DNA of 64,000 nt, taken from IMG/VR virus record IMGVR_UViG_3300002301_000012, positions 1-64,000 of that record; one strand, 5' to 3'. The translations under genes and the position numbers were made by a program. The DNA comes from a virus. A model generated the notes under the pieces. It was not told the DNA's origin, searched no databases, and saw only the letters and a program-made list of their open reading frames with translations. Positions 20,438 through 29,288 of this stretch are shown here, one piece after another (the stretch's first letter is position 1; each line of letters opens with the position of its first letter).

Positions 20438-21693
20438 TTCTTTCCTCCCTTACCGAACAGAAACCCGCCGTTGTCGTCCTGTTCTGATTCCTGTGTACCA
20501 GCGCGGTCTGCGATCTCAGCCTGAATGTCAGCAAATGCCTTTTTCGCGCTGGCGGCGTTCAGCACCAAGACATCGAGGTTTTCGATTCCCTCGTTGCCGA
20601 GAAATCCGTAAAACGCCTTGTCGTCGTTGAGTTGCTTGTGCAGCATCTCGAATGCCGTCCGCATGGTGACTTTATTCGGCCACGGTGGCAGGAAGTTGGC
20701 TGATGACGGCTTGTCCTGTTTCGGTTCTTCCTGCTGCTGTTGAGTGTCCTGCGGCTGCGGTGTGGACTGTGGTGTTTCAGCGGTCGGCTTGTCTTCAGCA
20801 AAAGATTGATCGTGAATCTGTTGCTCTAATCGACCTTCGTTGGTCAGGCCAGTAACCGTTTCGCCAGCCAAAGCCAGCGCTCCGCTGGAATCAATGGCAT
20901 CGATAGCATCGTCTCCGACCTCGACGGCATCTTTGATTTCCGGCGATAGTGGGAGCCACTTCGAATGGCGGCGAAACACAGTCTTTTTCGCCATTTCGGA
21001 CCAGTCCGAAACCCACGGTCCGGAGTTGGCTGCTTTGCTGCGTTCGCGAACCTTCTCGATGTCGCGCACACTCATGACGATGAAATCTTCATTGCCATCG
21101 CGCAGTTTGACAAACGAGTAAGCACAGATCGGTCTGCCACGGTCGTCAGCATCAAGATTCGGCTTGTGCTTCAGTACTGCACCGGAGCCGTAGGCAAACT
21201 CCCATTCGTCCTTCTGGTGGACCACATCAGCGTGCATGTAGCTTACGTCTCCAGATCGGCGCACAAGCTCAGCCAAACCCTTATAGTCCACGATCAATTG
21301 GACTTCACGACGGCTCGACTTCAGTTTGCATGGACAACCGGCGATTTGGCAGATCGGGCCTTTGTGCTGGTCTGTCGGATGATTGCAGTTGGCGCATACC
21401 TTGTTGTTCCAGAATGGAATCAAATGTGCGCGTCTGCCATCCGGCTCCAGGCCGAGTGACGACAGTTCAAGCATCCGAAGAAAGAACGATTCTTTCGAAC
21501 ACTCCGCAAGTTCCGGCTGGCGCATTGTGGCATTCAAAGCCACGCGCATAAAGCGTTCGACTGTAACGTGTTTCGGAAGAGCCATCTTCACAGCCGACTC
21601 AAATTCTTTCGACTGGATCAGGTCTTTAATAGTGCGCGGCGTTTTCGCGAGTGCCGTCGCCTGCTGCGGTATTCGCGGGTCAGTTGGTTCCAT
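20434..21693 (-). CDS. recT: RecT single-strand annealing recombinase
   Basis: ALPKHVTVERFMRVA, LGLEPD, VDYKGLAELVRRSG and GPWVSDWSEMAKKTVFRR...LPLS motifs. Confidence 0.9.
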   Translation of the reverse strand: MEPTDPRIPQQATALAKTPRTIKDLIQSKEFESAVKMALPKHVTVERFMRVALNATMRQPELAECSKESFFLRMLELSSLGLEPDGRRAHLIPFWNNKVCANCNHPTDQHKGPICQIAGCPCKLKSSRREVQLIVDYKGLAELVRRSGDVSYMHADVVHQKDEWEFAYGSGAVLKHKPNLDADDRGRPICAYSFVKLRDGNEDFIVMSVRDIEKVRERSKAANSGPWVSDWSEMAKKTVFRRHSKWLPLSPEIKDAVEVGDDAIDAIDSSGALALAGETVTGLTNEGRLEQQIHDQSFAEDKPTAETPQSTPQPQDTQQQQEEPKQDKPSSANFLPPWPNKVTMRTAFEMLHKQLNDDKAFYGFLGNEGIENLDVLVLNAASAKKAFADIQAEIADRAGTQESEQDDNGGFLFGKGGKK

Positions 21694-21767
21694 CAGATTG
21701 TCCTTGGTGGTCTGCGAGGCGGGAGAAAAACCGCCAGCGACGGTTTGGTGTGCTGCATACGAGGCTC

Positions 21768-21820
21768 AGTGTAGCATTAGATAAAAGCTTTTGCAATACA
21801 AAAGTTTTGTGGTAGTATAT
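21768..21820. promoter_or_regulatory. Divergent sigma70 promoters sharing a palindromic TTGCAA -35 box
   Basis: Minus strand: TTGCAA-N17-TACACT towards recT. Plus strand: TTGCAA-N16-TAGTAT towards the RHH and MTase genes. Confidence 0.65.
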
Positions 21821-21824
21821 CGGC

Positions 21825-21983
21825 ATGGACAAAAAGACGCAGTACGTCGGCGCAAAGATCCGCTCAGACGTGTGGCGCGAGGCAAAGGCAATGGCAGTCC
21901 GAAGCGGGACAACGACCGCGCAACTACTGGAAAAGGCGCTATTGAATGTACTTCCGCCTGCAACAAGAAAGTTACTGAAATGA
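21825..21983 (+). CDS. Small RHH-type regulator (not in the ORF track)
   Basis: MDKKTQYVGAKIRSDVWREAKAMAVRSGTTTAQLLEKAL; ATGA-coupled to the next gene. Confidence 0.55.
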   Translation: MDKKTQYVGAKIRSDVWREAKAMAVRSGTTTAQLLEKALLNVLPPATRKLLK

Positions 21984-23302
21984 ATAAGCTTCAGATCGAG
22001 TACGTCAAGACAGCCGACCTGCATCCATACGAGCGCAACCCGCGTAAAAACGACGGGCCACCAGTAGAAAAGATGATCGCCAGCATTAAGGAATTCGGCT
22101 TTGCAGTGCCGGTTCTTGTTCGGCGCATCGATAACGAAATCTGCGATGGCCATCTCCGGCTGAAGGCTGCCGTTAAAATGGCTCTCAAAGAAATCCCAGT
22201 CATCTACTGCGACGGTTGGACCGATGCACAGATCCGCGCGTTCAGGCTGGCAGCGAACAGATCCGTAACATGGGCTTCCTTCGACATGGACCTGCTGGCA
22301 CTGGAGATCGCAGACCTGAAGCTATTGGACTTCGACCTTGCGCTGACTGGGTTCGACACCAAAGAGATCGACAAACTTCTGCTCACGCCGAACGCAGCGG
22401 AAGATGATGTGCCGGAAATTCCAGTCACTCCGGCATCACGACTCGGCGATCTGTGGATCATGGGAAAGCATCGTTTGCTATGCGGCGACTCAACTAAGGC
22501 CGAAGACGTCATTCGCCTGATGGATGGCAAGCGTGCTGCACTTATCAACACGGATGCTCCATACGGGATCTCCTACGACAGCGCGAAGATTCACGAGCAC
22601 GGTGTTTCCTATGCCAAGATTGGAAACGACAACAAAGAATATGAGGAATTACAGGCATTTCTCGAAGCCGTGTTCAAATGTGCAGTCGAGCACGCGATTG
22701 TAAAAAATGCTGCATGGTACTTATGGCACGCCATGCTTACCCAAGGATTCTTTGCAGCAGCAGCAGCAGCAGCGCACGTTATCCTCCATCGTCAAATCGT
22801 ATGGGTAAAGCCCGCTCTGGTGTTTGGTCGCGGCCACTACCACTGGATGCATGAGCTATGCTTCTATGGCTGGATCAAAGGCAATCAACCGCCGAATTTG
22901 ACTGGTTTCAAAGATACAACGGTATGGGAGATACCGGGAGTTCCGCAATCTGAACGCAAGGACTTTAACCACCCAACACCGAAGCCAGTCGAGCTATTTC
23001 GTAGGCCGATCCTGAAGCACCTTAACATCGGAGAGATAGCTTACGAACCATTTTCCGGTTCGGGTCCGCAGTTTATTGCGGCTGAGGTGACGGATCGTAT
23101 TTGCTACGGACTGGAACTATCGCCAGCATTCGTCGATTGTATTGTGGTCCGGTGGCAGAACCTTACGAAAAAGGCAGCAATTCTGGAAGGCGACGGGCGA
23201 ACGTTTGAGGAGATCAAAGCGGAGCGACTGCTCGATGCAACACCACCAGAGCCTCGGCAACCAAATCCAGCCAAAACAAAAAAGAAGGCCAAGGCGAAGT
23301 GA
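21980..23302 (+). CDS. ParB-N-domain-fused DNA methyltransferase (N4C/N6A, beta class)
   Basis: ParB motifs LHPYERNPRKN, FGFAVPVLV and DGHLRLKAA; MTase motifs HRLLCGDST, TDAPY, HPTPKPVEL and EPFSGSG. Confidence 0.88.
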   Translation: MNKLQIEYVKTADLHPYERNPRKNDGPPVEKMIASIKEFGFAVPVLVRRIDNEICDGHLRLKAAVKMALKEIPVIYCDGWTDAQIRAFRLAANRSVTWASFDMDLLALEIADLKLLDFDLALTGFDTKEIDKLLLTPNAAEDDVPEIPVTPASRLGDLWIMGKHRLLCGDSTKAEDVIRLMDGKRAALINTDAPYGISYDSAKIHEHGVSYAKIGNDNKEYEELQAFLEAVFKCAVEHAIVKNAAWYLWHAMLTQGFFAAAAAAAHVILHRQIVWVKPALVFGRGHYHWMHELCFYGWIKGNQPPNLTGFKDTTVWEIPGVPQSERKDFNHPTPKPVELFRRPILKHLNIGEIAYEPFSGSGPQFIAAEVTDRICYGLELSPAFVDCIVVRWQNLTKKAAILEGDGRTFEEIKAERLLDATPPEPRQPNPAKTKKKAKAK

Positions 23303-24570
23303 ATCACGTACACTTCAGTTCTGACAGCGACCAATGGCCAACGCCGAAAGCGACGTATGATGCTCTGGATGCAGAGTTTCACTTCGACCTTGATCCGTGT
23401 CCGATGGGCGGAACTAAAAATGGTTTATCGACGTTGTTTATGCCATGGTCAGGATATTTTTGTAAATCCCATGGCTGGGTTGATAAAAACAGTATACAAT
23501 TAATACGTGCAGGTATGCTTAAAGTGCGGAGGCACTGGACCATTCAGAAAACCATCGACCGATCCGCGATGGATAAAGAGACACAAGATTCAGAAGGAAT
23601 GCGAGTCATGTGCAGCCAAACGTCGCAAGGAACAGCGACGGCAAGTGATGAAACGCCACAAGCAAAAAACATTTTATCCTGCACCAAAAAAAACAAAACG
23701 TCTTCAGGTATGCACGAGGTGCAAGAATCCATGGCCAGCGGATGTTCGATTTTACAGCCCCTGTCCGCAGAAACTGAACGGCGTCACTTCGATTTGTCGA
23801 GAGTGCTACAGACAAGGTGCGAAGGCCACAATGGCAAAACGCAGACTAGATCCAATAGAGCACAGGAAAATTCTGGAGGAAAAACGGAGGTACGCTCAGT
23901 CAGAGAAGGGTCGGATGACCAAGCGCAAACAATCATTGACGAGCAATCATGTCAGGCGTCAATTCAATCTAAATCTTCCTTGGAAATGGACTGCTCAGGA
24001 CTGGGAACGCTGCAAGAAGGCCTGGAATTATCAATGTGCTTATTGCGGGATGAAAAAGGAACTAACACAGGATCATTTTATTCCCATATCGGATCGGAAT
24101 TGTCCGGGGACTGTACCAGAGAACATGGTTCCAGCCTGTCTGAGTTGCAACACGAGCAAACAGCACCGCTCCCCGTTCGTGTGGTGCAGGAGCAAGGAGA
24201 CGCTTGCCCTTATTGTGGAATACCTACAGAACATAAAGGATTCCGGGCATTTGTGAATCCACCATATTCCAGATCCATGCGGCGGTGGTTCGAACGAGCG
24301 CACGAAGCAGATATTGCGGTATACCTGACACCGGTGCGAACAGACACGAAGCTGTTTCATGAGATCATTCTTCCATACGCGAAAGAGATCCGATTCCTGC
24401 GCGGCCGGCTGAAGTTCGGTGATGCCGCCAAGCCAGCGCCTTTTCCGTCTATGGTAGTAGTATTCGAAAAGTCACACTACGAGGCTTTGAAAATCACCAG
24501 ACGCGATATGAAGAGGACCGTCGGGCCTTTCGTACCAGTCGCACAAGTTCCTGCTGTGTTCCGCTGGTGA
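23299..24570 (+). CDS. Phage Dam-type N6-adenine methyltransferase with a ~262-aa in-frame insert
   Basis: N-terminal part HFSSDSDQWPTP...FHFDLDPC; C-terminal part FVNPPY...PVRTDT...EIRFLRGRLKF...APFPS; insert at about 23455-24240. Confidence 0.85.
   Translation: MNHVHFSSDSDQWPTPKATYDALDAEFHFDLDPCPMGGTKNGLSTLFMPWSGYFCKSHGWVDKNSIQLIRAGMLKVRRHWTIQKTIDRSAMDKETQDSEGMRVMCSQTSQGTATASDETPQAKNILSCTKKNKTSSGMHEVQESMASGCSILQPLSAETERRHFDLSRVLQTRCEGHNGKTQTRSNRAQENSGGKTEVRSVREGSDDQAQTIIDEQSCQASIQSKSSLEMDCSGLGTLQEGLELSMCLLRDEKGTNTGSFYSHIGSELSGDCTREHGSSLSELQHEQTAPLPVRVVQEQGDACPYCGIPTEHKGFRAFVNPPYSRSMRRWFERAHEADIAVYLTPVRTDTKLFHEIILPYAKEIRFLRGRLKFGDAAKPAPFPSMVVVFEKSHYEALKITRRDMKRTVGPFVPVAQVPAVFRW
23507..24256 (+). 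CDS. HNH homing endonuclease nested in the +1 frame of the Dam-type MTase
   Basis: CAYCG...TQDHFIPIS...NMVPACLSCNTSK HNH motif; four N-terminal CxxC pairs. Confidence 0.88.
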   Translation: MQVCLKCGGTGPFRKPSTDPRWIKRHKIQKECESCAAKRRKEQRRQVMKRHKQKTFYPAPKKTKRLQVCTRCKNPWPADVRFYSPCPQKLNGVTSICRECYRQGAKATMAKRRLDPIEHRKILEEKRRYAQSEKGRMTKRKQSLTSNHVRRQFNLNLPWKWTAQDWERCKKAWNYQCAYCGMKKELTQDHFIPISDRNCPGTVPENMVPACLSCNTSKQHRSPFVWCRSKETLALIVEYLQNIKDSGHL

Positions 24571-24942
24571 TTACGTTTCCATAGCAGCGCAGGTTCCACT
24601 TCACTGGCTGGCCTGTAAGGCGTCCCAAGGCCATACACAGGCTAACGTCGCGACATAAACGCTTCGTGGCTGGCTGCCTTTCGGTGATTTGATCTTCGCT
24701 CCGTTTCGGTGTCTGTTGCAAGCGAAATCGACGAAAAACGATCAAAATATTTCATTCGCCAGTCGTTCGCCTTATTGCCAGTCCTGCCAGTTCCACGGCG
24801 CACCGGAACAACGTGCAACCGCGATAAGCCTTCGAAGTAGTCGGATGATCATAACGACACCTCCAATCACCACCAAACAAACCGGATGGCCAAAGGTTTC
24901 GGGTTCCTTCAGCCATCCGGTAGCCATCGCCAGCCCTGTTAT

Positions 24943-25680
24943 CTAGGCTGCGATCCGATACCGGCGCTTGTCGCCGACCTTCTCGCTTAGAACGGTTATG
25001 CCGTGATTTTTGGTCAGCGCACCGCCAGCCGAAAGCAGTGCTCTGGAGGTATGAGCAAGCCAGCCGAATTCGCTCATGATGGTCTCCAGCGTAACGCCGT
25101 CCTTCGTGCTGAGCATCGCGATCAGTCTGGCCGTCTTGCTGCCATCGCGCGGGCCTTTGGATTCGCCTTCGACTTTCGGAGCCTTTGGTGTTTTCGCAAC
25201 CTTAGCAGACTTCGGTTCTTTGGCCGGTTTCGCCGCCTTGGGTGCCTTCGGTTGCTTTGCCGCCTTCTTGCTCGCCTTGGGTGCCTTCGTCGCTTCCTGT
25301 GCCGGCTGTGCGCCAACGTTGGCGGTCGTGGTGGCTTCAGCCTCTGCGATCTCGCTATTGGCTTCCACATTGGTTGCTTCCGCCACTTCAGCGATAGCCT
25401 CGACTTCAGCAAGGTCGTCGCCGAGCTTCTGGCATTCCGCAAAAACTCGCTCGATTAGCTTGGCCTTGCCGTTTTTGAATGTCTTGATCGGGCTTACACC
25501 AGGAAAGGTGTTGTAGATTTCCACCACTCCGGAAATTGGCACCTCGGCCAGTACGCTGGCCAGTTGCTCTTTGGTCGAGAATACTGCGCCGCCTTCGCCA
25601 GACTCGATGTATCTGATCGCGTCGGCGCGGCTGTCAAAGGCTACGATGGCCTTGTCGTTGTCAATGCTGAATGCTTTCAT
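24943..25680 (-). CDS. DUF3489-domain protein with a Lys/Ala/Pro-rich linker
   Basis: C-terminal PRDGSKTARLIAML...GVTLETIMSEFGWLAHTSRA...RRYRI. Confidence 0.75.
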   Translation of the reverse strand: MKAFSIDNDKAIVAFDSRADAIRYIESGEGGAVFSTKEQLASVLAEVPISGVVEIYNTFPGVSPIKTFKNGKAKLIERVFAECQKLGDDLAEVEAIAEVAEATNVEANSEIAEAEATTTANVGAQPAQEATKAPKASKKAAKQPKAPKAAKPAKEPKSAKVAKTPKAPKVEGESKGPRDGSKTARLIAMLSTKDGVTLETIMSEFGWLAHTSRALLSAGGALTKNHGITVLSEKVGDKRRYRIAA

Positions 25681-25775
25681 GGTCGTTGTCCTTTTGTGTT
25701 TGATTGTGGGCCGTTTGCGCTGGCCAAGCTGTTTGTGGCTGCCTGTCTGTTGCCGTGTTCTGGAAAAAGATGGCC

Positions 25776-26913
25776 TTAGCGGCCATCCTCCCCGTAAAAT
25801 CTGAAGCTGTTGGGCCGAATGGCCGTCATCACGCGGTTTCTGATGCTGTACGCTGAGTAGCTTTGCTGTCCAGCGTACGGGCCGGTCGCGATGATGTCGC
25901 CTTTGTATATCGTTACCAGTTCGTCGCCTTTGCGGAAAGCCAAGCCCATCTTGGTCTTGACGTCCTTGGTCATTACAGCCTTGCGTGGCATGGCCACCAT
26001 TCCGAAAGCCTCAACTGTGGCCTTCTCTATCTGCGCGTCCGTTCTGGTTTCGGTATACATTCGGTTTGTTCTCCTTGCCGGTTTGGTTGGTTCCGGCTAC
26101 ACGATCAGGATCGCTCTTGTAAAAAGTGATTGCAAGCGAAATCTGATCTTTATAAGCGAAACCAAGGCGAACGTACTGTTAAATGATAAGGACCGTTCAG
26201 CGCTGCCGCAGGCAAGTAGCCTGTGCAATGGAAGCCTCCACCATCCTTCGTGCCTCGCTAAGTGTGCTGCACTGGGCTCCTCTGTCAGATGGTGTTGTGC
26301 CATCCTGCGCTGGCATCCATGCCAGTGCTTCGGTAAGCGCAGCGAGCAATGTTGGCGCGGCAGCGACCAATCGCGCGTTCGCGACACCTTCGGTATAGCG
26401 ATCACCAAGAGCCAACACCTCATCCAGCGTGGTGTGAAGTGGAATGCCGTAAATCTCTCCTATCGACCTATCTCCATCGGCGGTTACGTGCGAGGGATTG
26501 TAAGTGACTCCGCTGGCGCGATGGTTGCCAAGACGCCATGGTCCCGGTGTATGTTTCGCATTCTTCATTTTTTAACTCCAGTGTTCGTTGATTCCGACCG
26601 GCATCGACAGCCAGTCAATGGCATATGCCAGTGCCTTCACGCCGCGCAGTACAGGCTCACCGTCGCTTCCACGGCCAACCTCGCTGCCTGTAACGGGAAA
26701 TGCCAGCCGTCCCTGAATGCATTTCACAGGCACATCGTAGTCCTGAGCGTCCAGCGATACAATGCCGTCCTGCATTACAGCCGGATAAACTGATACACCG
26801 ATTTCATCCTCGAACGTCGAGTAGTTCGTGCTTCGGGTCGACCAACGACCAAATCGGATGTATACCTTGGTTGGTGTGGTTCGCGGCCTTCGCATCACAG
26901 GCAAATCGATCAT
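25776..26913 (-). CDS. Three short early hypothetical genes (25776-26060, 26197-26568, 26572-26913)
   Basis: 26197-26568 has the common phage motif KHTPGPW...ANARLVAAAP. Confidence 0.55.
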
Positions 26914-26949
26914 CGGGTATCCTCCCTGTGGACCAGTATTTTCCTCCGC

Positions 26950-28021
26950 TTACTTCGGAAATTCCCGCACGCGCAAATCTTCCGGCCATTCAGCCATGTC
27001 GCCTCCTTTGCGGTCAACCAGGAGCCAAGGATGCCAGTCTCCTATCGTGTCTCGCTCTTGTCCCGGCTTGGAACCTAGCTGCTTCACGAAACACGCCACG
27101 CCAGCATCGCGGCACTGCATCACGGTGTTCCGCGCCCATGCAACATCAAAGGTTCTGGCACCGGGTCCGGATTCGCCGCCGATGATGATCCAGTCGAGGC
27201 GACATCCTGCGTCGCCGACATCGATTCGTTGGCCGAACCACTGCTCAATCCAGAATTTACCGCGAAGCGGATCGATCCAGTGCGCCATCCTGACACCCAC
27301 CGAGAACTGGAACGTAGTCGTCATCCGGCTCGTTCGGATTATCCGCCCACGAAAAATCGACCGGACCGAGTGCCGGCTCATACGATACAAATCGTTTTGC
27401 CGCTGGAGTCTGAAGCAGTAAAGGAGCGCGTACATTATACGTATCTTGGTTCTCTACGGAGACGCCGAGCCAGACGTTGGGCAGCGGCCAACGCGGCAGC
27501 AGTAGATTATTCCTTGAAACAGACTTGAATAAATCTGGCACGTCCCGGATGCAATGAACGATTCGCCCAAATCTGCTATCGTGCGCGCCATCGCGACCGC
27601 CGAATGGTATCGTTTCCAAGTACGCTTTCATCCTCTCCGGCCTCTTCGTGAGCACCTGAAACGTGTGCTGCGGACAAAGCGCCATGACGGCGAATACTTT
27701 GTCGATCTGCGCGTCTGACAGCTTTTCGTGGAACAGGTCAGACAGAGAGTTGACGAAGATCCGGCGCGGCTTCTTCCATCGCAGCGGCAACGGGAGTGCC
27801 TTGTCGTTCAGTCCGACTTCGCCAGTCCATCGCGGTCCGGAATCCATCATGCGAGCCAGCGGCGTGCCTGTCAGCGCCACCAGTCCAGGAAGTTCGCGCG
27901 TGTGCAGGCGTGCTGCGTAACAGTGCAAACAACCTCCGGTTTCCGATCCCTTCGCCATTGAGCAGCCGTAGACTGGATTCCAGCTACTGTCTGTCCATGA
28001 AATGTCAGTCTTAACACCCAT
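26950..28021 (-). pseudogene. DUF5131 (Gp37/Gp68, radical-SAM-like) gene split by a frameshift
   Basis: N-terminal part (SWTDSSWNPVYGC, GCLHCYA, FVNSLSDLFH, LTKRPERM, WLGVSVENQ, FVSYEPALG) is in 27257-28021. C-terminal part (LDWIIIGGESGPGAR, FVKQLG) is in another frame ending at 26950. Confidence 0.8.
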
Positions 28022-29288
28022 TGTTTGCCTCCCTGTAAAAGTACTCGTTTTCTTCCATACGCAAGGCCAGCGCTTCGGCTTTCAGTTCAGCATCAAGAAC
28101 AATCGGCAGCGACTTGGCGCAAGCATCAGGATCAGCGCATCCTTCACTGGCCCACGCGCGGCACACAGGACACCTGCTGTTGCCTTGCAGTGGACCGCAT
28201 GAAGCGCAGCAGATGTCGCCGCACATGCAGGGGCCAGTCATTCTTCAAACTCCCGAGGATACTCCACAGCAAACTCTTCCTCTATGATTTCTTCGATCAG
28301 TTCGCCGCGTGTCTTGTGCTTGCTTTCAGCTTGCGCTCCACCGTATGTATCTGCTGTTCCGACCGCTAAGCGAAGTTCACCGATAGGTCGATTAGCCAGT
28401 TCTCTGACGCGTGCTGCGATCTTGTAAACCAGATCGTTTTCGTTAGTGACCGGCGTTGATGTACCACCGGCGTGGACTACCCAGTCCCGCGTTCATAAAA
28501 TCTTGTCGCCTCCGATCCAGACCAGCAAGTGAGCCGAAGTCTCGCGGACAAGGCCAGCGCGTGTCAGCGTTCCGATGATAGCCTCGTACTGGCTCATGGT
28601 GCAGCCGTGGCTCATCAGCGCAGCGTATATCGTGCCTGATGGAGCCTCGCCGACTTCGCGGATGGTTTCGGCAACTGCCATCAAAACCTTCAGCGCGATC
28701 TTCTTCTGGTCTGTTTCTGTCAGCAAAACGCCGGCCGTCGTTGCGTTTGTTGTCATTGTGTCGATCTCCTTGCCAGTTGGTGGCTGGCTTTGTATTACGT
28801 TGTTGATCTTCGCTCTATTTCATTCGGAAGTAAAGCGGAATCTTCTTGCTGTTTTTGAAATGTGCCGGTGCTTGACGCCCACCGGCGGGGATTACCAGTC
28901 CCGCGTTCACGCTTACCGAGCAGGCTGACCAGTAAGGCCAGTGAGGCGGCGCAGCAGAAGTCTATACAGAAATGCCTTTCTTTGCCGCACGTCGCGCAAC
29001 GTGCGCGTTCCATTTGGCTTGTCCTGCCATCATGGCAGCCTTCACGGCGTGCGCCGCCTTGATCCTTTAGCCAGTCGCGGTTTAGTTGTAAATTGGTAAC
29101 AAGTTCGTTCCAATCCTTTGCGTTGAAGTGAATGGTCTGATCGACTCTGGCCCAGTGCCAGTCGTAATCAAGAGCTTCCAATTGGCGCAAGTATTGGTGG
29201 ATGTGGCCCTGTTTGTTGAGTCGCGGTATCACCACGCGAATCAGGTCGGCTGGTCGAGTCTTGCCAGTCACCAGCGCAAGTGCCGCGC

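Noticed and set aside
21791-21979. N-terminal extension of the ParB-MTase given in the ORF track
   Set aside because: The TTG start falls in the -35 box and the region encodes a separate RHH gene; the ParB domain begins at 21980.
23455-24240. Intein or group I intron as the explanation for the MTase insert
   Set aside because: There are no HINT blocks or terminal HN/C-S-T, and no intron core was recognised by eye. The HNH ORF fills nearly the whole insert. An intron is not formally excluded without RT-PCR.
25891-26793. 300-aa plus-strand ORF
   Set aside because: It is antisense to three minus-strand genes with RBS/promoter support and has no motifs.
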